NCBI RefSeq assembly: GCF_001194135.2
Contig: NC_068984.1
Span: 91,935,569 to 91,998,699, forward strand
DNA length: 63,131 nucleotides
DNA from: Octopus bimaculoides
Lineage: Eukaryota
Reading direction: 5' to 3'
In this document: positions 10,885-24,500 of the stretch, piece by piece
Layout of the letters: each line of letters opens with the position of its first letter
How positions within the stretch are numbered: the first letter of the stretch is position 1
Translations under genes and position numbers: made by a program
Notes under the pieces: generated by a model
The model's database searches: none
What the model saw: only the letters and a program-made list of their open reading frames with translations
Told to the model about the DNA's origin: nothing

Positions 10885-11484
10885 NNNNNNNNNNNNNNNN
10901 NNNNNNNNNNNNNNNNNNNNNNNNNNNNNNNNNNNNNNNNNNNNNNNNNNNNNNNNNNNNNNNNNNNNNNNNNNNNNNNNNNNNNNNNNNNNNNNNNNNN
11001 NNNNNNNNNNNNNNNNNNNNNNNNNNNNNNNNNNNNNNNNNNNNNNNNNNNNNNNNNNNNNNNNNNNNNNNNNNNNNNNNNNNNNNNNNNNNNNNNNNNN
11101 NNNNNNNNNNNNNNNNNATACATACATACATACACACACATACAAACGGGGAGAGAATTGCAAGTAACTTGTATACATACAAAGGCGTGCAACATTTTGT
11201 AACATATGAGCGTATGTGTGATTATGCGTGCGTGTGCATACAATATATATGCATGAGATTATATGTAAATATTCATTCTAGGAATGTCAAATGACGAAGT
11301 TTGGAATGCTTCAAAATTCCTCACCCTACCACTACTCGGGTGGATTTAGTGAATGCTAGACAATATATTTATTCTTTCTTGTTTGTTTAATGTAAATCTG
11401 TTGTTAGATAGCCCTATGCAACAATCATCATAGGTACAACTGAGAATCCATAGCCAGTATATCCCGTATTATATGACCATAGGT

Positions 11485-11541
11485 GTCTTTCTTTCTGTCT
11501 TTCTTTCTGTCTTTCTTTCTCTCTTTTTCTCTTTCCTTCTC

Positions 11542-11585
<44 letters not shown>

Positions 11586-11705
11586 TCACTCATTCATTCT
11601 TTCTTTCTTTCTTTCTTTCTTTCACTCATTCATTCTTTCTTTCTTTCTTTCTTTCTCTCTTTCTTTCTTTCTTTCTTTCTTTCTCTCTTTCTTTCTTTCT
11701 TTCCT

Positions 11706-11745
<40 letters not shown>

Positions 11746-11810
11746 TTTTCATTCATTCATTGTTTCCTTCTTTCTTTCTTTCCTTCTTTCCTTCTTTGTT
11801 TGTTTGTTTG
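11485..11810. repeat. (TTTC)n pyrimidine-rich microsatellite
   Basis: Directly visible. Confidence 0.95.
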
Positions 11811-11840
11811 TTTCTGCTTCTTCCTTTGATGGCAGTAATA

Positions 11841-11884
<44 letters not shown>

Positions 11885-12325
11885 TGAGGGCTGTCTTTAT
11901 TGACATGTTTTTTCCAGTATCTCTTACTTTTAATGTTGTGGATACATTCTTGCTGTGGTGTGCCGTTTTGTATCATTGTTAGGACAACCATTGTTGACGA
12001 TCTTTGCTGTACGTATGTCTCTTCTGTATTTAATCATTTAAATTCTTCCGCCAAAGAAGGTGCTGATTTCTAACAAAGATGCAAAACTCCATTGTTGGAA
12101 TGCAGATAATGAAAACAACGGTACATTTTAGACCTGAAAAAGTCTTGCGTAGTTTTACTGTTTTGCTTACAGTTTGTATTTGTAATGCGCAAATCAGTTG
12201 GTTGATTTCTTTTTCTGAAAATCCAAGCTTCACTTACAAAATCAAGTGCTCCCATTACTATTAGCATAGATGTAAATTTGTAATCTGGGTATAGAAGCTG
12301 GAGGTTTCGAAGCAGTTGTCCATAA
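11885..12325 (-). mobile_element. R4/Dong-like retrotransposon 3' end
   Basis: NYGQLLRNLQLLYPDYKF...IVMGAL and KLGFSEKEINQLICALQIQTV, homologous to the C-terminus at 30046-30320. Confidence 0.75.
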
Positions 12326-12512
12326 TTATGCATGTATGTATGTATGTATGTATGTATGTATGTATGTATGTATGTATGCATGCATGCATGTATGCATGTA
12401 TGTTTGTGTATATGTATGCATGAAAGTATGTATTTACCACTCTGTTTCTCTATCTCTCTTTCGTTATGTATATAAATATGTATAATTATAAATATGTATA
12501 TGCGTGTTTGTA

Positions 12513-13462
12513 TCAGGTCATCCCATAAACAATGTCCAAAATATATATGTAATTTCTATCAAATTTTTACAGTATTCTATATATAATGTCGAATGGTATT
12601 GATTGATGCTCATATAAATTTGGAAACATTTAACGTTACATAATTTCTTTAAAGAAGTTGCAGCAGATGGTTTGCAAAGTTGCCCTCTTCAACAGCCTGG
12701 AACGTTGCCCAAACTCGGAAAATGGGCTCTCCTTGATTTGACAGAAGCCAACTGAAAATCACGAGTGGATATCTGTTCATCTCTTCACTCTCGTAAACGT
12801 ATCTCTCCATTTTTGGACAGATTAGTGACTGGTGATGAAAAATGGATTTTTTATGAAGATGTCAAGTGATGTGGAGAACAGGTTAAACCACAACCCAAAA
12901 AGACTTCCATGTAAAAAAGGAGGTTCATTCTGTTTGTGGGGAATTGTATTAGAGTCATCCACTTTGAGCTGCTACCAACTAATGTAACAATTACTGCTCA
13001 CACCTATTATCAACAACTGGAATATTTGGATGCTGCTTTGAAGAAAAAAGACCTGCTTCGGCGGATCATAAGGGAGTGGTGTTTCATCATAATGATACAA
13101 GGCACCACACTGCAAAGACTGCATCAGTAAAAAATCGAAGAACTTGGCTAGGAAAAAATCCCTCCTCCGCTTTATTCTCCGAACTTCGTTCCTTCTGACT
13201 ATCATTTGTTTTGAAGCTCACAGAATCATTTAAGTGGTTTAGTACTCAAAAGCCCCAAAGAAATCGAAACTGATTTCTCTTCCCTCTTCTCATCAAAACC
13301 AAAAGAGTTTTCACCAGTGGAATTAAAAACCTGATGAGTAGACGGAAAGAAGTCCTCGAAAATGATGGAAATTATATACAGGATTAAATTTCGATAAAAT
13401 GTAAAATTAGATCAGTTTTTTTTCTTACTCAAAATTCGGATGTTGCTTATGGGATGACTTGA
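12513..13462 (+). mobile_element. mariner (DD34D) element, internally deleted and inactive
   Basis: TIRs TCAGGTCATCCCATAA / TTATGGGATGACTTGA with TA flanks; remnants FLDRLVTGDEKWIFYED, HFELLPTNVTITAHTYYQQL and YSPNFVPSDYHLF with stops. Confidence 0.9.
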
Positions 13463-13504
13463 TATATATAGATATGTGTGCGCGTACATATATCTTTTAG
13501 CTAT

Positions 13505-13635
13505 TAGTTTTTCAGCCATTGGAATGCGGCCATGCTAAAACACCGCCATGAAGTATTAAGCCGAACAAGTCGACCTCAGAACTTATTTTATTGAAGCATG
13601 GTACTTATTTCATCGGTCTCTTTTCCGAACAGCTA
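13505..13635 (-). mobile_element. SINE 3' portion cut by an assembly gap
   Basis: Similar to 20-200. Confidence 0.55.
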
Positions 13636-14929
13636 NNNNNNNNNNNNNNNNNNNNNNNNNNNNNNNNNNNNNNNNNNNNNNNNNNNNNNNNNNNNNNNNN
13701 NNNNNNNNNNNNNNNNNNNNNNNNNNNNNNNNNNNNNNNNNNNNNNNNNNNNNNNNNNNNNNNNNNNNNNNNNNNNNNNNNNNNNNNNNNNNNNNNNNNN
13801 NNNNNNNNNNNNNNNNNNNNNNNNNNNNNNNNNNNNNNNNNNNNNNNNNNNNNNNNNNNNNNNNNNNNNNNNNNNNNNNNNNNNNNNNNNNNNNNNNNNN
13901 NNNNNNNNNNNNNNNNNNNNNNNNNNNNNNNNNNNNNNNNNNNNNNNNNNNNNNNNNNNNNNNNNNNNNNNNNNNNNNNNNNNNNNNNNNNNNNNNNNNN
14001 NNNNNNNNNNNNNNNNNNNNNNNNNNNNNNNNNNNNNNNNNNNNNNNNNNNNNNNNNNNNNNNNNNNNNNNNNNNNNNNNNNNNNNNNNNNNNNNNNNNN
14101 NNNNNNNNNNNNNNNNNNNNNNNNNNNNNNNNNNNNNNNNNNNNNNNNNNNNNNNNNNNNNNNNNNNNNNNNNNNNNNNNNNNNNNNNNNNNNNNNNNNN
14201 NNNNNNNNNNNNNNNNNNNNNNNNNNNNNNNNNNNNNNNNNNNNNNNNNNNNNNNNNNNNNNNNNNNNNNNNNNNNNNNNNNNNNNNNNNNNNNNNNNNN
14301 NNNNNNNNNNNNNNNNNNNNNNNNNNNNNNNNNNNNNNNNNNNNNNNNNNNNNNNNNNNNNNNNNNNNNNNNNNNNNNNNNNNNNNNNNNNNNNNNNNNN
14401 NNNNNNNNNNNNNNNNNNNNNNNNNNNNNNNNNNNNNNNNNNNNNNNNNNNNNNNNNNNNNNNNNNNNNNNNNNNNNNNNNNNNNNNNNNNNNNNNNNNN
14501 NNNNNNNNNNNNNNNNNNNNNNNNNNNNNNNNNNNNNNNNNNNNNNNNNNNNNNNNNNNNNNNNNNNNNNNNAGAGAAAAAAATTGTAGTTTAGAATCAG
14601 TAGTTCTTTGACTGCTATTTCTAAATTCTCAGTATGTTGGAGAAGCAACTCATGCTAATCCCTGTATTTTATGAGTATATATATATATATATATATATAT
14701 GTAAATAATTAGAAAATGGAGAAAAACATAGATTAACCAGCACATCGATTGGACCCCATTTTAAAGCTTCTTTATTGATACAATGCAAGACATAACAAAG
14801 CTCTGCACACCATTGCCCGGGGTTAACACAGATAACGGATACTGATAGTATATACGGATATTTTATCCCTTAGTCGGTTACTACAACTGTTAACTCTACT
14901 TACACACACACACACACACACATTTATGG

Positions 14930-15090
14930 AGGGTCTCTGTTCGGTTTCTGTGTATCAATTCTACACACAAGGCTTTGGTTGGCCTGGGACTACAACAGAA
15001 GACACTTGCTCAAGGTGCCACGCAGTGGACTGAACTTGGAACTATATGATTGGGAAGCAAGCTTCTTGCTGCATAGCCATGACTGCGCCT
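14930..15090 (-). mobile_element. tRNA-derived CORE-type SINE, family C
   Basis: Reverse complement matches 45783-45940 (ggcaccttgagcaagtgtcttct...ccaaagccttg). Confidence 0.8.
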
Positions 15091-15101
15091 AAAATATGAG
15101 C

Positions 15102-15169
15102 CTCCCGGGTGGGGAGTCACACTCCAGTATCCTGCGTGACAGTCAGGGATACTTACCACTACGCTACCA

Positions 15170-15170
<1 letters not shown>
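15102..15170 (-). pseudogene. tRNA-Asp(GTC)-derived sequence (pseudo-tRNA or SINE head)
   Basis: Minus strand GGTAGCGTAGTGGTAAGTATCCCTGACTGTCACGCAGGATACTGGAGTGTGACTCCCCACCCGGGAG aligns to the eukaryotic tRNA-Asp consensus. Anticodon loop CTGTCAC kept; T-loop and 5' acceptor strand degraded. Confidence 0.7.
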
Positions 15171-15217
<47 letters not shown>

Positions 15218-15961
15218 TTCTTCATAGAATCAGGTACTTAAAAGAATATGCACCAGGTAGGGTTGGATAAAACTGTGGTCACACAGAGAAAACCACCCGT
15301 ACGGGTGTTAAGCGCCTAGGGTAGCAAAGCCGTATTCCAGCAGCAGATACGGGTGCAAACTGTGCAGCATGGAGCGGCATGAAATATTAAAGCAACTCAA
15401 TAGTGGAAAATCTAATCAATAATAAACTGAACCTTCCTCTTTCGTGTATCTACAAGCTATCCCGTACTTTCAAATCCTTTAAGGACATTACATAGTCTCT
15501 ATTCTAGGTCTTAGCCCGCGGCAAAACAACCTCAGTCCCACCACCTGTCTCTTATTGATCTACTTAATCGTCTGAGTTATCTTTTCCTTTTTTCTTTCTT
15601 TTTTTTTCTTTTTTCTATACATCCTATCACTTTTAACTTTTAAAACTTGTTAACATTACTTGAATAGTATGTGATTTAGAATGGTATGCGATATTGAAGG
15701 AACTATTCTTCTATATAGTTTTACCTAGTATTACGCATTTGCGATTTACTGTATCTAACCCATAAAACAGCAGCTCACACGCCTTAGCAAGTCTCTTCCC
15801 TATTCGACTAAATAAGTAATCCTCATACCAAGTAACTGTTATTTGTGTGGCACACGATAATGAAGGTACATATCCAAACTACTTACCCATGACTATCGGT
15901 CATAATTCATTATTTGGCATTTTCTCAGCACAATTATTAGCAAATAAAACAGGTATTGTGT

Positions 15962-16002
<41 letters not shown>

Positions 16003-16750
16003 NNNNNNNNNNNNNNNNNNNNNNNNNNNNNNNNNNNNNNNNNNNNNNNNNNNNNNNNNNNNNNNNNNNNNNNNNNNNNNNNNNNNNNNNNNNNNNNNNN
16101 NNACGCACACGCGGGCACACGTACACACACTCACGCACACGCACACACATATTTATAAGAGAATAAAACATGAACAGGAAGTCTTTGATAGCATATTTAT
16201 ACAAAAGTGAGAGAGCAAAAATATATATCAATATAGAAGAAAACCAAGGAAATCCGGAGTGCGAAAGGTTATAGTAATTCGGCATAGACATGTACAAATC
16301 AAGTAAAATCATCCAATAATGTTATTGATAATATAGAAGTGAACTCGAAGGACTTTCCGAATTCTCTTGTATCTCATTAACGACATTTTGTATGATGTTC
16401 TTGGATTTGTACCCATCTAGCCTGAATCACTATAGACTCTCACTCCACCGGATTTTCCTGATTTCCTGTTGTATGTATATATATTTTGCTTTCTGATGTC
16501 TTGCATCTTATAAACGACATTTTCAAGTCTTGCAACTGCCTGTTAATTTTTTATTCTATCAACATCAACTCGGTCGCTACATTGCCTATAGACAATATTC
16601 ATTTTTACGGATCCTCTATCCCTGCGTTTAACGTCGGAGTGTAATTATTTGGTAGGGTCTTCTTTGGCATTTTTCACCTATTACTTATATATATCTACTA
16701 CAAAAATGAGAATTTATGTGGTTATGGATGTGAGTCTAAAGATTTAACCA

Positions 16751-16827
<77 letters not shown>

Positions 16828-16829
<2 letters not shown>

Positions 16830-18072
16830 TAGTTTTATTTTTATAACGTGCTTTCACTTCACTACCGAGCGCAGCTCTGTGCGCCTTGGGTATGTGCTGT
16901 GGTTTGCTGTGGTGCTCTTATGTTTACTGTATTGAAAGTGTTTTGCGTAGAATGTGTGCAGTACCCAGTAGTGCAATTTTCTGTATGTTATATATATTTG
17001 TAAGTCCTGGTGTTTTTGTTATGTATTTGTCTGAATATTTTTTTATTATACCTAAGGCACCTACNNNNNNNNNNNNNNNNNNNNNNNNNNNNNNNNNNNN
17101 NNNNNNNNNNNNNNNNNNNNNNNNNNNNNNNNNNNNNNNNNNNNNNNNNNNNNNNNNNNNNNNNNNNNNNNNNNNNNNNNNNNNNNNNNNNNNNNNNNNN
17201 NNNNNNNNNNNNNNNNNNNNNNNNNNNNNNNNNNNNNNNNNNNNNNNNNNNNNNNNNNNNNNNNNNNNNNNNNNNNNNNNNNNNNNNNNNNNNNNNNNNN
17301 NNNNNNNNNNNNNNNNNNNNNNNNNNNNNNNNNNNNNNNNNNNNNNNNNNNNNNNNNNNNNNNNNNNNNNNNNNNNNNNNNNNNNNNNNNNNNNNNNNNN
17401 NNNNNNNNNNNNNNNNNNNNNNNNNNNNNNNNNNNNNNNNNNNNNNNNNNNNNNNNNNNNNNNNNNNNNNNNNNNNNNNNNNNNNNNNNNNNNNNNNNNN
17501 NNNNNNNNNNNNNNNNNNNNNNNNNNNNNNNNNNNNNNNNNNNNNNNNNNNNNNNNNNNNNNNNNNNNNNNNNNNNNNNNNNNNNNNNNNNNNNNNNNNN
17601 NNNNNNNNNNNNNNNNNNNNNNNNNNNNNNNNNNNNNNNNNNNNNNNNNNNNNNNNNNNNNNNNNNNNNNNNNNNNNNNNNNNNNNNNNNNNNNNNNNNN
17701 NNNNNNNNNNNNNNNNNNNNNNNNNNNNNNNNNNNNNNNNNNNNNNNNNNNNNNNNNNNNNNNNNNNNNNNNNNNNNNNNNNNNNNNNNNNNNNNNNNNN
17801 NNNNNNNNNNNNNNNNNNNNNTGTTGTTTCTTCTTCTTCTTCTTCGTATTTGTTAGGTAGATTGATTTCTTGTTTGTATTTGTCAGCTTCCTTAAATACT
17901 GAAAACAGTTTTTTGTTTTGCTCGTGTTTTGTGGCTATTTGTATTAGTTTCCCTTGCTTCTGGAGTAGGTATTTTTGCAGTCCTATGGTGGTTATTTTAT
18001 AATAGTTTTCTAGCTGTATAAGACCCCTGCCACCTTCTGTGCGTTGTATATATAGCCTTTCTATGTCTTTCT
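16828..18072 (-). mobile_element. 5'-truncated R4/Dong-like element spanning a gap, (AAT)n tail
   Basis: DIERLYIQRTEGGRGLIQLE right of the gap; GALGIIKK...IQKIALLGTAHILRKTLSIQ* plus 3' UTR left of the gap; tail at 16757-16827. Confidence 0.8.
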
Positions 18073-18081
18073 ATGCCTTTC

Positions 18082-18135
<54 letters not shown>

Positions 18136-18136
<1 letters not shown>

Positions 18137-20120
18137 TATGGTTTCCTTTCATTATAACTTTATTTCAGCTGCTTAGTACCAGGCATCCTCCAGAGGCCAA
18201 AAGTAGCAAGGGCACTTTTGTTTTACTATGCATGCTAAAATTATCACTACATTTATTCCATTTCAGATGGAGAGCGCTTTCCGTAGTATATGGGATGTAC
18301 CCATCAAGGTTATCTTTTGTAGTTCACCGAGATTAGAGTTACCAGGGAATTGCTTAATATACTTCTCAGTTCACTTCTTTATCATTCTCAGCGCATCAAT
18401 TACTACTGGTATTATCGTAGTACTAAGCTTCCACATTTTTGTGATTTCAATTTGCATATCTTTGTAGTGAGAAAGCTTTTCGTATTCCTTTCTTGAGACA
18501 TTTTGATCTTGTGGGACAGACATATCTATTCACTGGTTAGTTCCTCTGTTATAGTCCTTGATCACAATATCTGATCGACTGAAGTCAATTTTTCTGTCTG
18601 TTTGTATTGAGAAGTTCCAAAGGACGGTGACGCCCTCGCTATTTATTACATCCTCTGGGGTTTAATTATGTAGTATTTACAAGCATTCCAGTGGATGTAC
18701 TGCCATAGTCTGTTATGTCTTATGAAGTACTACTTTTCAGCGAAGACTGGGCAGCCAGAAACATGATCAATTGTCTGTGTAAATTTTCCGCAAATTCTGT
18801 ACGAGGGATCAGATCCATCTTTAAGGACGTTTGCATGGAAGTTTCTGGTAGGTAAGCTCTGATCTTGCGCTGCAATAACAAAACCTTCAGCTTCCCCTTT
18901 CAGACCTGTCCCTTGTAGCCATTGGTGTGTTAAATTTTGATCAATATCCGGATTGGACAGGAAGTTCGGATATTTTCCATGCAGGAGTTTGCCTTTCCAG
19001 TTGTCTTCGATATTATTCATGCAAGCCTTCTTTGCTTTTTGTTTGATGTTTTTTTGCATCAATGATAGGTTTGTCACTATTTGGATCTCGTTGGCCTTTC
19101 TGATCGTAATATCTAAATCAGGAGAAGCAACGGTATGTCTGTCAGTATTTGGGTGTCTTTGATCATTCTTATTGTTAACTTGTAGGCCAAGAAACTTTTT
19201 AAATTTCTTACTAAGCTTCATGACTGAAGCTTGTTTGGAATCTTCATGCTTCAGTGCAGTTCGTAAGAGCACATCACGTTTCAAGGTCTATTATTGCTGA
19301 TTTGAAGGATTGTTCGAGCTGTATCAGGCCTCTTTCAACTATTTTTCGTGTGAGATAAATCCTGTGTACATCTGATTTTGGATGGTGCATTTTACGGACC
19401 TTTCTATCCATACCCTGCATGTCAGTGAGACTCCACTTAATGATACTGAGGCTATATGTGGTTACTGGTTTGGCCAAAAAATTGATCGCATTAATTCTGT
19501 TAGCAGCATTTAATTCTGAATTTAGGCCCATTCCTACCCTTGGGGATTTTCTCATTCTAGAGTGCTGGATACCGCCACCTTCATTGGTTCCCAGATATTT
19601 GTATACTTCAGACTGGTCTAGGTTTCGAATAGCTGTGGTAGTATCAAGATCTATGTTTTCTACCCTAATGAACTTCCCTGCCTTGAAAGTAGTCTTTGCA
19701 CATTTATCATGTCCGAATTCCATACCTATATCAGAGCTGAATTCTTTGACGATATTCAGGAGCTCTTCTAATTCTTTGTTGTTTTTGGCAAACAGTTTTA
19801 GATCATCCATATAGAGTAGATGATTAATTTTCTGGTTAAAGATCTTATACCCTCTCTAAGCATTATTCAGTTGCATAGATAAGGGGATCAGAGCGAGGCA
19901 GCATAGTAATGGTGATAATGAGTCACCTTGAAAATACCACAGGCGATATTGATGTCTAGTGAGGTGGTATATCTTTGTGTATGGCTTAAAATGAGGGTGG
20001 TTCTCCACGAATTTATGATTACTTTTAAAAAGTTCACAATTGTTGGAGCTATCTTGTAAATTTCCAGGACTTTGATGATCCATGCATAGGGGACACTGTC
20101 AAAAGCCTTCTTCTAATCTA
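18136..20120 (-). mobile_element. R4/Dong-like element (RT, CCHC and RLE region), disrupted
   Basis: FQGDSLSPLLCCLALIPLS, YMDDLKLFAK, YKYLG, RICGKFTQTIDHVSGCP and ELQKITLMGTSHILRKALSI*; (AAT)n tail at 18083-18135. Confidence 0.9.
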
Positions 20121-20403
20121 TCCAAACGTGAATTATCCAAACACCAAAGAATTCCGCTCAACGTATGGCTATGATGCTCCCCCACTACTTGTGCTCGTGA
20201 TCAGAGATGCACATATCGGCAGCGACTCATAGACATACTCAACTGGTTAAGGTTAAGCAACTGACAAACAAATCTGTGGTATTGAGAAGAATATTTGCTG
20301 TAGCCCATCTTTTATACCAAGACAAAACAATGTACATAATAACACTTCCAATCAATTAAGGTCAAAAGCCACGAGAGCCATTGCCTGGCACTGCGTTAGG
20401 GCA

Positions 20404-20405
<2 letters not shown>
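20120..20405 (+). mobile_element. non-coding interspersed repeat, 3' half, ending in a (TAT)n tract
   Basis: Shares ccaaacgtgaattatccaaac.ccaaagaattcc.ctca.cgtatggctat with the reverse complement of 51275-51550. Confidence 0.7.
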
Positions 20406-20477
<72 letters not shown>

Positions 20478-20499
20478 TATTATTATAATTATTATTATA

Positions 20500-20558
<59 letters not shown>

Positions 20559-20565
20559 AATTATC

Positions 20566-20609
<44 letters not shown>

Positions 20610-20849
20610 AATTATTNNNNNNNNNNNNNNNNNNNNNNNNNNNNNNNNNNNNNNNNNNNNNNNNNNNNNNNNNNNNNNNNNNNNNNNNNNNNNNNNNNNN
20701 NNNNNNNNNNNNNNNNNNNNNNNNNNNNNNNNNNNNNNNNNNNNNNNNNNNNNNNNNNNNNNNNNNNNNNNNNNNNNNNNNNNNNNNNNNNNNNNNNNNN
20801 NNNNNNNNNNNNNNNNNNNNNNNNNNNNNNNNNNNNNNNNNNNNNNGTG

Positions 20850-23150
20850 GTACAAACCTTTTTTGTTTTCAAATTTCTTCGAAAAAAGTAAGCATTGAAA
20901 GTGGCGACGAAAAGCGGGAGTGAGGAAAGAAGGTGGTACGGTACTAGACAGCAGGAAGAAAAGAAAGAAAGAAAGAAAGAAAGAATGAAAGAAAGAAGAA
21001 GAAGAAGAAGAAGAAGAAGAAGAAGAAGAAGAATCTAACAAAAATGGAATTAGCGGCAGGAAAGAGATTTTTGGAAATATCACTGCAGCTAAGGAATTGG
21101 TTAACATCACATTGGAGAACAAAATAGAAAAACTAAACAAGGTAGCAAAATATATGAAAATTAATGGATGGAGGGCAGAATTGACACTTCCAAGCGATGT
21201 GCTTGAAGCAACAGCCAAACGAACAGTTGTCTACAGGTGAGTGAACACTAAGATAAGGAAATTCGAAAATTCTAAACGCGAACAGGTGGAAAAAGCCTTG
21301 AAAGATATATAACAGGATATCCACCACATTGCAGAAGCGAGACATTATGGCAGAGTAGAGGTCCTTTTTAAGACCGAGGTGCAGGCGATACAGAGCTCGG
21401 TGATCACGCGTGGCACCGCGGAAATCGCTCTCTTCCCAACGTACATAGGAAGAAGGGCAGTACAAATTACGATATCTGGTGTCCCGCCAGGCTTGGATTT
21501 ATGATGGATTCTCGCTTGTATTTGTATGGAAGGACCGGGGAAGAATCTTCTTGATGACAAAAGATCGAGGTGGGAGAATTGGGTTGAGATTACCTTGGAG
21601 GCTCTTCTCCACGTGAAGCCAGACCAGTTAGAGAAAGTCCCTCTCGATTTCCCTCTCGAATGGAGTAGAACTAAAGGTGAATGTGGAGGGCAGAAGGCCG
21701 AGGTGCCACGATTGTGGTTCAACGGACCACTTACGGTTATTCTGCCCACAAAACCAGAAAGAAGGGCAGAAAGAAATGTTCAAACGAAATTACCACAACC
21801 CATGAATCGACAAAAACAACAAGAACAACAACAGCAACAACAAAAACAACAACAAGAGAACCAGAACAAACAACACCAGAAAAAACATACTAGACACGGA
21901 CCCCTCCACGTATCCAAGTGATGATCAGAGGGAATCCTAGAAGGCCAGAAAACCAAGAAAGAGACACAGAAAAAAGGGAGAAATCCAAGAAACGATAAAC
22001 AGAGACACACTGATGACAACACCAACACCATCACAAACATCCACAACAGAATCAAAAATACAACAAACTTTAAAAAGAAAAATGTCACTACAACAACAAC
22101 CATCCACGCAGCAGCGGAATTTTGTGCTAGTGAGGATGGCCAATGAAAAGAGGATGGCTCTCATAGCACAAAACAAGAACATTGGGACAAAGCGGGTGAT
22201 CTGCAGCCCCAACACTTTTAGAGAATCGGAGAGCCTAATGATGGTGTGAATGACAGACTTATGTGAGCATTAAGCGGAGCTACCCCGTATGACATTGGAT
22301 CTCACAGGGTATTGGCCTGCAGATGGCTTTTTCGGGGGTTTCCAGAGGAATNNNNNNNNNNNNNNNNNNNNNNNNNNNNNNNNNNNNNNNNNNNNNNNNN
22401 NNNNNNNNNNNNNNNNNNNNNNNNNNNNNNNNNNNNNNNNNNNNNNNNNNNNNNNNNNNNNNNNNNNNNNNNNNNNNNNNNNNNNNNNNNNNNNNNNNNN
22501 NNNNNNNNNNNNNNNNNNNNNNNNNNNNNNNNNNNNNNNNNNNNNNNNNNNNNNNNNNNNNNNNNNNNNNNNNNNNNNNNNNNNNNNNNNNNNNNNNNNN
22601 NNNNNNNNNNNNNNNNNNNNNNNNNNNNNNNNNNNNNNNNNNNNNNNNNNNNNNNNNNNNNNNNNNNNNNNNNNNNNNNNNNNNNNNNNNNNNATACGGT
22701 CGGTCTTCCTGGACCCGGAAAGTAAGTCGGTGGACGTGGACGTGAAAGATAACGTCGGAGTCCATTGTGAAGACCGTCTTGCCTCCTTCCTTTGGCCGGG
22801 AATGGAGAGTAATTTTTCTCTGTCAGATAGCTATGGCAAAAGAGTTTGTGTGGTTGGCGCAATTGAAAGGGTTAAAGACGGGTCCCTTCCACTTTGACCA
22901 AGCCTCATTGACTTTTTCAGGTTCCATCTGAAAAGGAAAGTGAGGCTGGAGAAGGAGGTACTGTCACCCGGTAAGTTCGTTGAAAGGTGAGTGAATATGG
23001 CAAAAATGGTCCGCGTGAATGGACCTACTCTAGGTGTGCGCCTGTAGGCTGGATAGAAGGGAGCGACATAAAAGCAGCGACATAAAGGCAAAAGCAGATA
23101 CGAAGGAGGAAATAACCAGAAACAAGTAGGGACCGAGGACGACGATACTA
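20850..23150 (+). mobile_element. L1/Tx1-like non-LTR remnant (ORF1 with CCHC knuckle, ORF2 fragments), contains a gap
   Basis: ORF1 remnant ...HYGRVEVLF...PTYIGRRAVQITISGVPP... then VEGRRPRCHDCGSTDHLRLFCP (CX2CX4HX4C, ~21672-21750). APE-like SVFLDPE and ORF2 C-terminus-like FFRFHLKRKVRLEKEVLS follow the gap. Confidence 0.7.
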
Positions 23151-23319
23151 TGAGCTAGAAAATTAGAAAAACATGCATATGCCTGAATATGTACTTAAGT
23201 ATATGCTTGCATGTATGTTATTTGTGCGTGTGCGTGCTTGTGTGTATGCTTTTACACGTCTGTATTTACATATATATCTGCATGTATATATAAATATGCA
23301 CATGTGCACATATGTACGG

Positions 23320-23896
23320 TGTAAGAATAAAATTACTGGTATTTTGTTTCTTTTGGCCACATCTTCGAGCATTTTAAAGAACGAATTGAATTTCGAAAGC
23401 AGTTAAACGTTGTTGAAAATATCGTACGTAGTTCGTAGCTGTATCTCTACTTAAACACAAATATAAACCTGTTTGTTGTGATAGTAACAACAAAACGGAA
23501 CTTATTAGATGGATTGCAAAGCATCTAACATATAGGTGGTGGTACTAGAACTGGTAATACATTATAAGAATGCAAGGTATGATTTTTTTAATCAAATGTA
23601 GACTACATCAAGACTTAAAGTTGACCGTGTTGTTGTTGCGTTTACTGATGGTCACTCGAGTAATGAGGAAATAATGAAGAAGGAAGCAAAGTCTCTAAAA
23701 AATTCCGGAGTGAAAATATTTATAGTTGGTGTCAGTCCTGCTCTTAAAAGTGAAATGTTACAAGATATTTCGAGTGAACCACACGAAGAATTTGCCCACA
23801 GCTTCGCAAGTTTTGACGTTCTCCTTGCTAAATATGGACTCTTCACTTGTAAGACCTGTAGAAGAGTTCAAGAAGAAACCACTTTTACAATACAAG
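23320..23896 (+). pseudogene. VWA domain 1 exon of pseudogenised paralog 2
   Basis: Frameshifted pieces CKNKITGILFLLATSSSI, FRKQLNVVENIV, LDGLQSI*HIGGGTRTGNTL*, and DRVVVAFTDGHSSNEEIMKKEAKSLKNSGVKIFIVGV...FASFDVL...CKTC. Phase-1 donor CAAG|gtaaag at 23897. Confidence 0.9.
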
Positions 23897-24299
23897 GTAA
23901 AGTTTTCTTGTTATTTGCTAAAAAATAACTCATTCTTCTTTTGTGCAAACTATTTTATAACTATTGTTGATGAGGAGATATTTATGAATGCTATAAATGT
24001 TAATTCTGTGGAAACTAGATGGATAAGATCGGCTATACCACCTTTCTCAACAAAATTAGCTTCATCTCTATATAGATACCCAAGGCAGCCAAAATGACAC
24101 TTTTAACTAAGATTTCCAATAACTGTTTTATGATCTTTGTGTAATTATTAATTTAAAAGGTAGTTTTTTAAAAATTGATTATACACTTAAAAGTTCAGCA
24201 TTCTCCCCAATAATTGCTTTTTCTTTGATTTCCATTTTCTTCTTTTTTGCATTATGTATTATCCCCCACCGCTTGAAAACCGGTGCTGGTTTGTTTTCT

Positions 24300-24410
24300 T
24301 TCCTGTAACTTAGCAGATCAGAAATAAAACCGATAGAATAGGTATCAGACTTAAGTAGTGGGTCCCCAGCATAGCTGCAGTTCAATGACTGAAACAAGTA
24401 AAAACTAAAG
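24300..24410 (+). mobile_element. SINE 3' fragment in the pseudogene intron
   Basis: ccgatagaatag...ccagcatagctgcagttcaatgactgaaacaagtaaaa, same family as 20-200. Confidence 0.7.
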
Positions 24411-24500
24411 GATTACTTATCCAATCAAATTCTGGTAAGGTTATAGTAAATAAATCTACCGATCGTCTAACTGCACTATTGCATTTTTTATTGTTTCCAG

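Noticed and set aside
15102-15170. Functional tRNA-Asp gene
   Set aside because: T-loop/B-box is degraded and the acceptor stem cannot form.
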